Assembly (NCBI GenBank): GCA_000934665.2
Contig: KZ538121.1
Location: 1 to 64,000, forward strand
Length of the DNA: 64,000 nucleotides
Reading direction: 5' to 3'
From: Catajapyx aquilonaris
Lineage: Eukaryota
Below, piece after piece: positions 52,101 to 62,982 of the stretch. Each line of letters opens with the position of its first letter. The stretch's first letter is position 1. The position numbers and the translations under genes were made by a program. The notes under the pieces are model-generated. The model was given only the letters and a program-made list of their open reading frames with translations. It was not told the DNA's origin and searched no databases.

Positions 52101-55100
52101 TCTGAAGGATTTATATATGTCGAGACCGTCCAAAAGAAGGAACACTCTCGCGCCACCTGCTGTCTCATAACGACACTCCACCAAACCAGTTGGCTCCATC
52201 TACCGCTTCTTCAGACACGAAAACACTCGAACCATAACGCGAGTTTCACCATTATTTTCGCGGAAAATCCTTCATTTCGATTGTTGTCAACAATGGTCGC
52301 CATGTTATAACGCGGTTTCTAAATTTTAAACCACAAGTTAAACCCGCAGTTAGCAAACTGCCCGTTAAAAATATTTGGAGAAGATCAGCAATATTCCCCA
52401 TCATGATTCGTCATAATATTTTCCTCCTCGCAGGTTCTTTATTTGTATCTTTTTTTTCTCTACCTCTCCAACGGCCCTAGATTTCTCCTGTGTTGAGCAA
52501 TGGACCTTGATTGCTTCTATATTTTTTTACTGAAATTGGTTACACCTTCGCGATTTTCCGCGCTTCGATACCGATTTCAATTACGCGTGCAAAAAAAAAA
52601 AAAAAGGCCGCTCCATTTTTATTTTATTTTTTCCACCCAGCAGACAATATTTGCAGAATCTATAGATCGAGGACGCCCATGGAAATTGAACAACAATGGA
52701 CCGAAAATCAAGTGAGATAAATCGACAATAAATTCGTTGAAATCGAGTCCATTTTAATTATTGGGAGAAAAAAATTAATCGCATAATCGCGCAGCATTTG
52801 TCCGGTTAATATTGCCCACCCTGTACCACCTGTCTCGTTACGCAAAACGGGCGTGTGAACACAATTCTCATTAGCATCAAGACTCATTAGTTATTATTGT
52901 TATTTGTGATGCACACAGAGGAAGTACTTGTATGTCGTCGGGTGCGGTAGTTGAGACGTTAAAAAGTTTTGATGCAATTCATGTTGGCATGATGCAACGA
53001 GAGAGGCTTCCAAGGACGAACGTTTTGTCTTGATTTATGTACCTTATATTGTGTATGGCTACCGGCGCTTTTCTCATTGCGAAGTCTCGCAAAACTGGAT
53101 GACCGCATGTCTATATACAGGTCAGAGCACGTGACTTGGAATGTCCTCCTTTTCTATACAGAGAGATATCAGCAGGACACGAGACATTGTTCTCTCTCAT
53201 TGCAAAAACGAGTTGCAATTTCTTATGCATGGATATGACCCAACTGACCTCAAGGTCTCTCTCATCACTTTTGAGTGCGTAGGGCGTGAATTGTTTAGAC
53301 AATTGTACCGTTTGGAAGGCGTGACATAACGAGCGATCATTATTATTGCAGATTTTTGCCGACCAAGTGTGTGCCAATTCCATGAGACATTCGCAATGAG
53401 GAAAAAAGGCATGCAAATTGATGGCGGATATTAATTAGTTTTACGCCAAGTGCACACTACATATTTACGTTGTTGTCACTTATGTGTTCAAGATGTATCT
53501 CACGCAGGTGTGACTTCTCAGAAAAAACATACACGTTTTTATCGTGACCATATCTCGACCTTTGTGCTGTTGCGCAATCGATCGATCACATTTCCACGGG
53601 CTAAAAACTATTGATTTTAATTCCACAGGTGTGATTAATCGTTTTTTGCATGTTTTTTCGCTATTTAAATATTCACCCTGACAGCACATGGCCTCAGGGG
53701 GGGGGGGGGGTCGAAATTTTTGCAATCAATAATTGAAATCTGCAAAGGCCAGAAATACATGTGCAAACAGTGCACAAGTGTGTAATCTTACAACCATGTC
53801 GTAAAAATGTTAAGTGTCGCGAAAGAGAAACCACGCCCAACTATTTAGCAAAACAGTGGAAGAGCAGCCGGTCGCAAAATATTGGCGCAATTAGATGCGG
53901 CAGGAAACATTTTTTGATAAAATAATTATCCGAAGAATAAGGCTGCGAAGTTTGCCCCACATGATGCAGTATGACAAGAACCTAGTTGCATGCAGAAATC
54001 TGCACAGTGCAACAATGATAAGAATTATTGCAAAAATAATTCAGCTAATTATCCAGTCGCGTGTGTGCAAAATATTTTGGCCACACTGCATTTTCAGTCG
54101 ACCTTTTGAAGCCAACTGCGACTCACCTAGATTGATTAGAACTTTTCGCACAATTCCTCATTGGCAATGCGAGCTGACCTTGCAAAAACCATCCGGTTAT
54201 GTTAATTGGAACACCCTCCTTTATTACTTCTTTTTCCCGGTTTGTTTTTTTTTTTTGCACACATTTCTTTCTTGCACCACCCTTATTCGAATGATATGCA
54301 TGTCATCAGCATCGCTTTTAACAAACACATTCGCGAATTTTTTCGCACACACATCTGCACTTACAGAGCAGTTGTTGACTCAATCAACCAGTTTGAATGT
54401 GAAGCAACTTGCCAAAAAAAATGCTCTCATCCTTGATTGCTTCGAGCAATTGTTGCATAACTTGCTGCGGTGTATGTACCGATGTACCGAGCCTTTTTTT
54501 TCAATTTAAAAAAAAAAAAAAACGATGTACTGCTAGTAATAACACCCTTTTTGATCGACTAGTCGGTGGCACGAGCTGCAATTATTTTTAAAACGTTTAC
54601 AACGCCTACAATGCATGACACGATGCGTGTTACGGTATGGTTACCGCGTGCACTTAGCCTCACCCTCTCGGTACAAAACCTTGGGAAGTTAAATTGACTC
54701 ATGAATTTCCAATCACGCGGAACAACCATCCCAGGCCATCAACACCCCCACAACTTCCTAATCAAAAAAGATGCTAATGAGAGTCATATGCAAAAATGTC
54801 TCAAGGTGACATGTCACACATTTGATACAATTTTGCTCGGTACAGTAAATGGTGTGGTACTGATGGCGCCACTGGCTAAGTAAAAGAGCGAATCGTTTCG
54901 ATTCACTCTTTTGCTGCCACGGCTTAGTGGCGCCATCAGTACTGTACATTCGAATGGAGCCAGTTTTTTTTTCGGGTTAACGGGAGTACACCCACCCCTA
55001 TACTTCCTGATGGGTGAACACTATAATATCGCACTTCCTGCTCCTCACAAGCCCTTAACGGACCCAACTTTGGAGACCAGCAAAATTTGTCGCACTTTAT

Positions 55101-58100
55101 GTACTGATTATCCGAAATGCAATTGGACATTTGGAGCCAATTAGAATGGACCCAAACGAGATTCAGGTTGTTTTTTTGCCAGACGTACTACAAATGTCTC
55201 CGGATAATAAAAACGACCTCATTTTCTCATTCCTCGTCTTGTTTTATATACATTCCCCTCCAGCCATTTTAATCCGAGCCATCGCCCTCACTGATTTTTT
55301 ATTTCGTGATATGTCCACACCTGTGCACTTTCACTTATTCGGAGGAGGGCCAAATTTTATCAAGGTCGTTAGATTCGCGAAAAATAATTGGCCACGGTCA
55401 TGTCACCGAGATGTGCAAGGTAACAAGGCTTCTTCCCCCAAACACACCTGGAATATACACTACACAGACTAAAAATAGTGTAGCGAAAACTATTTTTAAA
55501 AGTGTCTGAATTTTGCCAAATGTTTCGCTGGAGAACTAATCCCATTTTTTTTTTTAAATGGGGGCAACTGTTGATGTCATGGTGGGGGAAAAAAAGGTGC
55601 TGAATTTAAGTGAAGCGAAATAGCGGATGTGTACCCTTGGAAGGAGACAGGGTGCACAAAAAGGTAAGGTTCATTTGCCACCCTCTGCCGCACTCTCTTC
55701 ATTTGTACCCAACCGAAACGGGTCTTTGCACCGACTTGGAAAAAGAAGCTCTTGTATGGTGTGTGACCACTCGCGTGTGTCTTTGTACGCACACCATTGT
55801 TACCCTCCTCTTGTTTATTATTGCCTCACACCCAACCACAGGTGGAAGAACTTTCTATTACACCTTATTTCCGTGCGCATAATAACAAGATGCGATATTG
55901 AAAACACAGGTAGCAATCACCAATTAAACTGCCCTGTAATTTCATTCCTGATGAGTCAAAGAAGCGAAGGTCGTACACGTTCATGCTTTCATATCAGTGA
56001 TACCACAGGTACAGGGGGCTTAACTTTTTATTAATCGGGCTAGGCCAGAAATAACGGCCTTCAAAAATATTCTCCCTGACAATCAACAATGGCCTTCTCC
56101 CCTTGACAATCATGAAGTCGGACAATGCCAGGTTTTAATCTTTTAAAAAAAGGGGGGACAGTTGGCAAACCTATAAGCTTATCAGCCTTTTTTTAAAGTA
56201 GTAGGCCTATTGTTTTAATGGCTCCCTGCAAACACTTTTTTTCAATTGCTAACTTTGTCGGCGTGTCGAGACATATCGGTCATTTCCTCTGTGTTTCAAC
56301 CTTGATTCAATATCTAAAAATAAGCCTGCACGGAATAAACTGTGAGCTGTTCCTTGGGGCCAACCAATTGGGAATTCCTTAACCTTCCACCACTTTCAAC
56401 AAAATAATATTTTAATAATTATTACAACGTGACAATGGCTGCTGCTGCACTCAGCTTGAACAGATCGATTCCGTGACTCATTCCCGTTCCCATATCTCAC
56501 GTGATATCTACAAAAAAAAAAAGTGTGTTCAATTGAATTCATAGTGTGTGTATCACCGGACATTAGCCCAGGCGTCGGCTCTTTTTAATTTAAAAAGAAA
56601 AAGTGATAGGCTGTATCTTTTTTTTTAAAAAAAAAATCACAAGTTCAAGATTTACACTGGTTTGTACAAAGTCCGGAGATTCCATGAGTAATACAGATTA
56701 CACGATGATATTTCCTTATATTTCAAGTTCAAGAAAAAAATGTAGACAGATCGGAATTCATAGTATATATAATCCGGTGTACCCTTTTCGAGTAAATCCG
56801 TCTGAAAATCCAGATTAAACCAATAGGATTAAACAAGGCCTATAACATGACATCATGACTAGTGCAGCTGCAGTCATGTCGCACTTGATCGGCTCATTAT
56901 TCATAAGCTTCCAGTTTATGAGCATGCCAACTGTGTGACATCTGGCAGTCAATTATCGTGCAACAACAGCAACAATACACTCTTAAGAAATGTCCGGGTT
57001 AAATGTATTTATCCCGGAAAAAGATCACTTTTGTCATGGTTATTTAACCCGGACATTTCTTAGTCATGGTTAACAAATGTCCGGGTTAAATAACCATGAC
57101 AAAAGTGATCTTTTTTCCGGGATAAATACATTTAACCCGGACATTTCTTAAGAGTGTAGACTCTCTGTGTGATCGCGGGGGTTTTCTCGTCGTCGGTTAA
57201 ATCCACCTAATATTATCAGCACTTCAATTGAAACACAGGCTGGTCCTTAATTAATTACAACAACAACCAGTTGAGTCTTCTTTCCCATTTTGTGCGAACA
57301 TGTGCCGATTTGGCATCGCTGTTTGGTTATATGGTTTCTCAGCTTTTTATTATTATTAGCTCTCTCAAGACTTAATCAAGAACCCCGGAAATAACAGAGC
57401 CAGGAATGAACGGAATTTACTCACGATCCGTATCTTGAATCCCACTCTATTAAAACCGGGCTTATTATATACGACCACGTCACTTTTGATTAAGGAACCG
57501 TACAGTCTGGTGCCAAAAAAAAAAAAAATGTGTGCAAAATACTGGATTGAAGCCGAACTTATAGGCGATTTATGGCGAATTATGCTTGAGATAATCGGTG
57601 GTAAAGTTGTACGATAGGGCTCGTCCTGCGCGATATGCAACACAGCTCGTGTTAAGGAAGCCGAAAAATGAAGTTTGGTCTTTAAAATTCGCAACCGTGC
57701 CACCCTGTATTCTGAGATTTATGATCCGGTCTCTCCCCCTGATTTAATTCGCAAATTTACGTCCCCCNCCCCCCCCCCCTAATCAGCAACGTCGATACCA
57801 ATCAGCAATAAGAGGAACAAGAATAATTCCAGTTTCCGTGTCTCTGCTGAACGAGTCCGAAGGGAACCACCCGCATAACCCCTGCAATGCGTGTCTTTTA
57901 AAAGGGCATGGGTGGATGGGGGGCTGTATTTTTGGCAAATCTGTGCCAGGATTCGCGAAATGCCGCAGTTTCAGCGACATGGCAACACTGCCCGGTCCTC
58001 CCGACGAAGTACGTGACGGTCGTTGATAGATGGCGCTTCTCCGCCCCCTATCAATGCACAGTTCTCGATAGATGGCGCACCCTACCTCTCTGCACAGTGC

Positions 58101-58720
58101 TGCCACCAGCAGGTTGGTTTTTTTTAAATGGTTGTTCCTGTCAAAGTTTTCTGTGTCAAGTTCGGGGTCATTTGAGTGATTGGGCATGGCGGTGTGTGAC
58201 CAACGCGAAAGAATAACAGCGTGTGCAAATCCTCATCCTGGGTCGCGCACTTCCTCTGGCAATTCAGTACGGCTGCCAGTCCACACCTCCAGGGGGAAAT
58301 CATTATAATGTGTGTGAGGGACGTGGTACTACCTGAATGTTGCTGCCAACATGGGAATCCCCCCCTTGGGGCCTGGTGTTGTAGGGCACACGTGTGCAGC
58401 ACGGTGCACGTGCACATAGGAATGCACAATAACGAGAGCGTGCAATTTGACCTGCATGTCTGCTGCCGGACGTGTCATAGCGACGACGAGGGAATAACCT
58501 TGTAGGTACGTTACGTACCGGCTATCCGGAGTACGGCCCTGTCTGCCGGGTCCAGCTGCAGGATGCTGAGCGGCTGCTCCCTGGACCACTCCTCCAACGT
58601 CAGCTGGTAGTGCTGCACTTGACACTGCTGTTTATGGTTACTACCACTGTTATTGTTGTGCTGCTGCTGCTGTCCCACCACCGCAGCAGACACGTGCTGC
58701 TGCTGCTCACCACCATCCAT
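2732..58720 (-). CDS. shot: Spectraplakin (short stop / dystonin / MACF1 orthologue), multi-exon gene, full coding span
   Basis: Domain order CH1 ([19 protein letters not shown]...[20 protein letters not shown]...[21 protein letters not shown]), CH2, plakin/SH3, plectin repeats, spectrin repeats, EF-hands, GAS2 ([39 protein letters not shown]), SxIP tail; exon phases join consistently at GT-AG sites. Confidence 0.97.
4312..5544 (-). CDS. shot: shot post-GAS2 alternative exons: cassette 5467-5544; alternatives 4797-4963, 4525/4534-4640, possibly 4312-4355
   Basis: [15 protein letters not shown] (4963) is the canonical continuation; the other exons have compatible phases and open frames. Confidence 0.7.
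5905..6662 (-). CDS. shot: shot EF-hand and GAS2/GAR exons 6370-6662, 6088-6311, 5905-6022
   Basis: [13 protein letters not shown] and [14 protein letters not shown] loops; [15 protein letters not shown]...[34 protein letters not shown] motif. Confidence 0.96.
6787..7790 (-). CDS. shot: shot linker micro-exons 7746-7790, 7615-7668, 7241-7291, 6991-7044, 6787-6861 (all phase 2-2)
   Basis: Each has an AG acceptor, a GT donor, a length divisible by 3, no stop, and Ser-Pro/Arg-rich peptides. Confidence 0.7.
7872..19506 (-). CDS. shot: shot spectrin-repeat rod: exons 19360-19506, 18408-18631, 18155-18353, 17759-18094, 16746-17702, 16534-16693, 16226-16372, 15252-16126, 14853-15182, 13926-14795, 10419-13867, 7872-10232
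   Basis: Recurrent spectrin-repeat signatures (F...L..WL...E; L..RW..L) in long ORFs; phases consistent. Confidence 0.95.
18668..19349. repeat. Intronic low-complexity tandem array of 6-mers (aagtgt/aagtaa/agttgt/agtggt) in 12-18-bp higher-order units
   Basis: Directly visible; almost no C on the + strand; fills most of intron 18632-19359. Confidence 0.97.
20397..29712 (-). CDS. shot: shot giant exon (9,316 nt) encoding the plectin-repeat region
   Basis: 3160-aa ORF full of DPxSG...LxEAxxxGLxD plectin repeats; TTCCAG acceptor and AGG|GTAAGC donor. Confidence 0.95.
30693..30820 (-). CDS. shot: shot 128-nt exon preceding the plectin-repeat exon ([18 protein letters not shown]...)
   Basis: CAG acceptor and AG|GTGAGT donor; phase 0 to 2, needed to enter the giant exon in frame. 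Confidence 0.8.
31465..35546 (-). CDS. shot: shot plakin domain incl. SH3: exons 34945-35546, 34311-34884, 33917-34158, 33630-33858, 33302-33571, 33068-33245, 32373-33012, 32162-32315, 32018-32101, 31465-31683
   Basis: [60 protein letters not shown]3 (AICTYKQ...[10 protein letters not shown]...[12 protein letters not shown]); mostly 55-70 nt GT-AG introns. Confidence 0.93.
35604..36651 (-). CDS. shot: shot CH2 exons 36488-36651, 36307-36422, 35604-35707
   Basis: ISDIVVG...[11 protein letters not shown]...[22 protein letters not shown]...[26 protein letters not shown]. Confidence 0.95.
37546..37872 (-). CDS. shot: shot alternative first coding exon 3 (internal, CH1-less isoform): [16 protein letters not shown]...[15 protein letters not shown]...DSHQ
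   Basis: Lies between CH1 and CH2 exons; phase-0 donor CAG|GTCCGC joins ISDIVVG at 36651; resembles the Drosophila CH1-less Shot N-terminus as I recall it. Confidence 0.8.
39335..39831. repeat. Minisatellite, ~10 copies of a 48-52-bp unit (tgggaggagcctaatcgccaactggtagtggcaagtcgcactacgtccaac)
   Basis: Directly visible tandem copies with two subtypes; no unique spacers. Confidence 0.95.
40577..40650. promoter_or_regulatory. 22-bp tandem repeat carrying four perfect CRE palindromes (TGACGTCA)
   Basis: TGACGTCA at 40577, 40599, 40621, 40643; regulatory role is inferred. Confidence 0.55.
40849..41253 (-). CDS. shot: shot CH1 exons 41164-41253, 41010-41087, 40849-40941
   Basis: [30 protein letters not shown] / [26 protein letters not shown] / [31 protein letters not shown], all phase 0. 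Confidence 0.95.
42784..42925 (+). mobile_element. tRNA-derived SINE-like fragment
   Basis: A-box-like TGGCACTGCAGTAA and B-box GGTTCGATCCC at tRNA-like spacing, but no clean cloverleaf. Confidence 0.55.
47403..47464 (-). CDS. shot: shot CH1 exon ([21 protein letters not shown])
   Basis: 62-nt exon between CAG and GTAATG; canonical actinin-type ABD start. Confidence 0.95.
49193..49319 (-). CDS. shot: shot alternative first coding exon 2: [17 protein letters not shown]...YEENLSKFK
   Basis: ATG 49319; phase-1 donor G|GTTTGT compatible with the 47464 acceptor; [10 protein letters not shown] resembles an insect Shot N-terminus as I recall it. Confidence 0.88.
50778..50943. repeat. ~70-bp tandem repeat, ~2.4 copies
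   Basis: gattgtctaacaataaacgcg...cgtcaccggaattaaacgg...aattcaatga repeated. Confidence 0.85.
51654..51659. other. Undetermined bases (N run) after a poly-G tract; a single N also at 57768
   Basis: nnnnnn in sequence. Confidence 0.99.
54841..54946. mobile_element. Short hairpin MITE; related pieces near 43400-43545 and 51840-51870
   Basis: TACAGTA...TACTGTA ends, gtactgatggcgccact/agtggcgccatcagtac arms, shared aaagagcgaatc core. Confidence 0.6.
56978..57156. mobile_element. Near-perfect palindromic MITE with CACTCTTAAGAAA termini and TA flanks
   Basis: ~80-bp arms with internal AAATGTCCGGGTTAAAT sub-repeats; TA on both sides. Confidence 0.85.
58519..58720 (-). CDS. shot: shot alternative first coding exon 1 (distal): MDGGEQQQ...[26 protein letters not shown]
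   Basis: ATG 58720; phase-1 donor G|GTACGT joins 47464 to give IA-DERDAIQ; the [12 protein letters not shown] motif is typical of plakin/spectraplakin first exons. Confidence 0.9.
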
Positions 58721-59259
58721 TGTTACAAACTAGTACCGCACAACAACAGCAGGGACAAGTGTGGCAACGACGCATCGACGCCGATCGATCCGACGACGGC
58801 GGCGGTGATGACGGGTGGTTGCTGTGTCCGTGGTCCCTGCTGGGCAGCGGCCGTCCTCTCCATCCAACTGTACAGCATGCCGCACACTACTACTACCTAC
58901 TCCAAACGGACCGCACACTCCGACGAACTAGTATTCATGTCAGGCACTCTCCCGTTTCCATCCATCGCCCGAGGCAACCCCCTCCGTCTGCAAAAAGTAA
59001 CCTCACACTGTTAACCAGTCTGCTGCTGCAACTATTAATCTCTCTCACACACAGAAGTAGCATAGCAGCTGACCCAATAACAGCTATCGACGGAACACAC
59101 AGCCCAACAACTAATATAGCAGCTTAAGCGTAGCATTTCAGTAGCTAATGTAACTGTTGGATGGATGTCGCTATTAGCTACTTAGAAGTAATATTTTTGG
59201 AGCTAATGTGTGTAGCAGCTTATAGTAATGCTGGGTAGCTATTGATTGGCCCAATAAAT

Positions 59260-59260
<1 letters not shown>

Positions 59261-59317
<57 letters not shown>
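59261..59317. repeat. (GAT)19 microsatellite within a degenerate AGCT-rich inverted-repeat region (~59040-59550)
   Basis: Directly visible. Confidence 0.95.
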
Positions 59318-59743
59318 AAATACGCGGTGGATTCCAGGCTGGAACTTCCAGCCAGTTCCAGCGCCCGTGGACTGCATACGCAGTTAGCGTAACAGCTACC
59401 CTGACAGAACCCGCCGACTAATATAACCAAATGCTAGCCCAACTGCTAGCGGCTGTTTGGTCGCAACTGCGATATTAGTAGCCGATATAATGCGGGATAG
59501 CTGTTAAACGGCGGTAGCTGATAAATAGCTGTTGGCGTGTAGTGTGTGGCGATTGGCCGCCAGATGGGAGGTGGGTGGTGTCTACGGGGATGACGTCATC
59601 CCAGATATGGACTCAAAATGGCGGCCGCAACAGCTGATCTACAGGAATGGGAGCGGGCTTTTTAAAAAAATTACCTGTAATTATTGACTAGATGATTTTT
59701 ATTGGCGTATGAACACAGAAAGGCATGGACTAAATGGACGGAT

Positions 59744-61145
59744 TTAAAACTGTGGGAGCTCCGGAAGGTCCACGGAGAAGTCTTTCAGATGCGGGACGTC
59801 CGCTGCGGCCACCACGCCCCAGACGGCTTCCAGGTTGCGGTTCAGCTGGCTCTTCTCGGCCTCCAGGGCCACCACCACCTTCTCCTTGTGCCGCAGAAGC
59901 CCCTTCAGTCGCCTGGCCTCCTTCCGGTGTTCGTCCTGACCCCGCTTCACAGCCACCTTCGTCTCCTCCAGCTGGGCTTTCAGCCGCTGCGTCCGCCTTG
60001 TCCACTCCTGCCGCTGCTCCCGCAACTTGCGCCGCATCTTGAACAGCGAGTCCTGAGACAGCCTCAACCCCTTCATGTTCTCACGCTCGTCGTCCAGAAG
60101 CTTCTCCAGGGACGCACGTTCTTCCAGTACATGCTCGGCCAGCTGGACCACATCGGACACGTAATCGGACGCAGCCCACTGGCTCCGTTGGCACTCCTGA
60201 AGCCGGCGGGTCAGCTCACGTATCTGCGCAAAAATCAGATAGTCATTCATGCAATGAGAGTTAAAGTCGTAGACAGCGTACCTCAGACTGGTGCACCTGA
60301 AGCTGCTCAGCGGCCGCTGCCAGTTTGGATTCCGACCGGATCTGCTCGGCGCCAGCTTCAGCCAGCTGGGCGTTCAGCCGCATCTTCTCAGTCTCCGAGG
60401 CAGTCAGCTGCTCCGAAATTCGCTTCCTTTCGCTCCTGTAGTTTATCTTCAGCTCCTCAAACAGCTGCTTGCATTGTTCCACATCATTCTTGTGCTTCAC
60501 TGCAGGTACGGTGTGCTTCAGCTCGGCCTTCAGTCGCTCGTTCTCCGCCCGCAGGAGCGCCATCTCCCGCATGTTGGCCGCAGCATCCTTCTCCAGCGTC
60601 TCCGTGCGGTCCTGCCATATGGCGCTCTCCTGAATCGAATTGCTGGCCAGCTTGTCATACTTTTCCCGCAGCATCTGCAGCTGCTCCTCCAATATCGCGT
60701 TTTCCTCCAGGACCAATCCGGCGCTATCCCGCATCTCGCTCCACTCGTCGTACGATATAGCGCCTTTGGTGCAAGCCGACTTCAGCTTCCGGTGCAGCTC
60801 CTCATTCTCCGCTGACGTCTCACCGCATTTGACCTTCGCTGCCTGGACAGCCGCTTCGTACTCAGCTATTGCTTCGTCCCTATCCGCCAAGCTCTCGTCG
60901 TACGCCTCCAAAAGCGGCATCAACCGCCTCCGCATCTTCAGTATCTCCCACTCTGTTCCAGCCCCTTCAGACGGTGGCGGACCGTACTTATCCCTGTACC
61001 CGCTTAACACGGAGTTAAGCCGGAAGACAAGGTTCTTCATCATATCCGCATCTTCCTTCGCTTCCTTCAGCTGCACCTGCATGCTCCGGGTGTCCTTCCG
61101 ACGAGCCTTTGGAGTCGGTCGGGCTTCCAATTTAGGCGAATCCAT
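59744..61145 (-). CDS. CEP89: Centrosomal protein 89 (CEP89/CCDC123)-like coiled-coil protein; exons 60282-61145 and 59744-60223 (possible short upstream coding exon 61228-61289)
   Basis: VFRLNSVLSGYRDK, LMPLLEAYD, ENEELH...EW....AGLVLEENAILEEQL, LAEHVLEER, LEAVW match recalled CEP89 motifs in order; phase-0 intron; AATAAA at 59698-59703. Confidence 0.8.
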
Positions 61146-62030
61146 CCTACTGTTGGTTTGCTACAAAATAAAATTCCTTGTCACTTTATATTCCAATGCA
61201 TTATATGTCAACCGCCATATTTTCTACCATGCTGTCAGGACCGCTGTTCCAAACGTGCGGGTCAGACACTCCAGCCTTTCCTCCAACATAAACAGCACAC
61301 GAACCTTTCCTTCAGCCAGATTCAGCCGAGATTCAGACCAAAAAGTGATCGGCCATTCGCTTCGATCCGTTTCGTAGCAGCCGCCATTTTTGTTACGTCA
61401 CAAATGCAAAACCCATAGCGTAGCAGCTAGTTGGAACTGTGCTCGGGCCGAAATAAGCAGCTGTTGTCGAATAGCTGCCTGGTCCGTTCCTTGTCTAAAA
61501 GTTGGCCATGTAAATGTATTTAATTAGAAAAAAAAAAAGTTTATGCAAATTTTTAATAATTAGTGTGCGAATTTAATTATTTTCATTGCCCGGTTAATTA
61601 AACTGGAGCTGATCAGTACATTTTACAATACACACATGCTACAAAAATGTACTGAAATATTAATATAAATAATTATTTACTACTTTATACACACCATCTC
61701 TTTTTATTTACCTCAAAAAAAAACAACATTGGGTGATTTTTTTTGTTTAAATACTTGAAAAAAAAAATGATAACCATGGAATGAAAAAAAACTTCCAACA
61801 AATAAACCGAACTACACTTTCGACTCCTACACAACCCTTTGCTTTTTATCTCAAAAAAAGAAAACAAAATTATATCCTGTCATTATCATTAATTGTTATG
61901 AGGTGGTCACATGATCATGGGCACGGCGTACATAAAAACAAGTCTGGCTCCCAACAAAAATTAAATCCTGTGTGTTCAAAGGCAAATTGAAGAAAGTGGC
62001 CTTTCCAAGCAATAAATCGCAGCGCAACGA

Positions 62031-62867
62031 TCAGCGCTTCCCATTGTTGTAGCTCATGGTGCGTATGGGCGCCTTGAAGTTGGCGGCCGCCGCCTGCTGC
62101 ATCTGGTACGCCAAGGGATGGATCTTGAACCCATACAGCCTGGGGAAAAAAGGGAGGTTGGATTTAGTCCCCACCGGTGTGCGGTCCATGGGAGTACCGA
62201 CCTTGGTACGAATTGGTTGGCAGGCCTCTTTGGGCGGTACTCGGGATGAACCATGAAGAGCATGTGGGGGAACCCGGTGCCAAAGTATGACCCGTCTGTG
62301 TGGTGGTGCCGGGAGGACTTGGGGCTGTACACGTCCATGCACTTGGGGCAGTACAGCTTCACCATCGCCTCGCCTGGCACGTCGGACAGGCCTGGAAAAT
62401 GAACCGGTTGCGCAATTGCATCGACGGTTTAACAGGGAAGCGTACCGATAGGCAGCATGGGCTGATTCTCGCAGTAGACCCGCGGGCAGTGTCCGAAGTC
62501 GCCAGCCTGGTACTTCTCAATCATCTGCGCGATGCCACGATTGGTGAGGATGTACCGGGAGTGGATCAGCCCGTAGAGCATCTCCGCCGCCTGCTCAATC
62601 AGGTCGGACTGGTTCGGATTGTCCTCCAGGTCGTCGTCTGCAATGAGCCGGTGAACACACGGTGTGCATGTGCAACGGTGTGCGTACGTTACCTGGCTCC
62701 AAGTCCAGGATCATGTCGAGGGCCTGCCTGTAGTGCGGGACCTGCTCGTTGAGTCCAGTGAGGTTGAACTTGTCCTGTATGTAGTCCTCGTCCACCTCGC
62801 AGAAGAACTCGTTCCCTCTCAACCCGCAGAACCAGGATATCCACGAGACCTCCTCAGAGCTGCTCAT
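62031..62867 (-). CDS. CkIIbeta: Casein kinase II beta subunit; exons 62693-62867, 62446-62637, 62202-62391, 62031-62139
   Basis: [36 protein letters not shown], zinc-finger CPRVYC...[31 protein letters not shown]. Confidence 0.98.
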
Positions 62868-62982
62868 GTCGTCGGCTGCAAAATGAATTTAACCTTTTTT
62901 AGCAGAGTGAAAGAGGCGAGCAAGAGGAAAAGGCTCAGCCTGTAGAGCCCAAGATGTCGGACTAGAGCGAAGGCGAGCTTAC

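Noticed and set aside
59702..61377. + strand ORFs of 352, 174 and 245 aa
   Set aside because: Antisense shadows of CEP89
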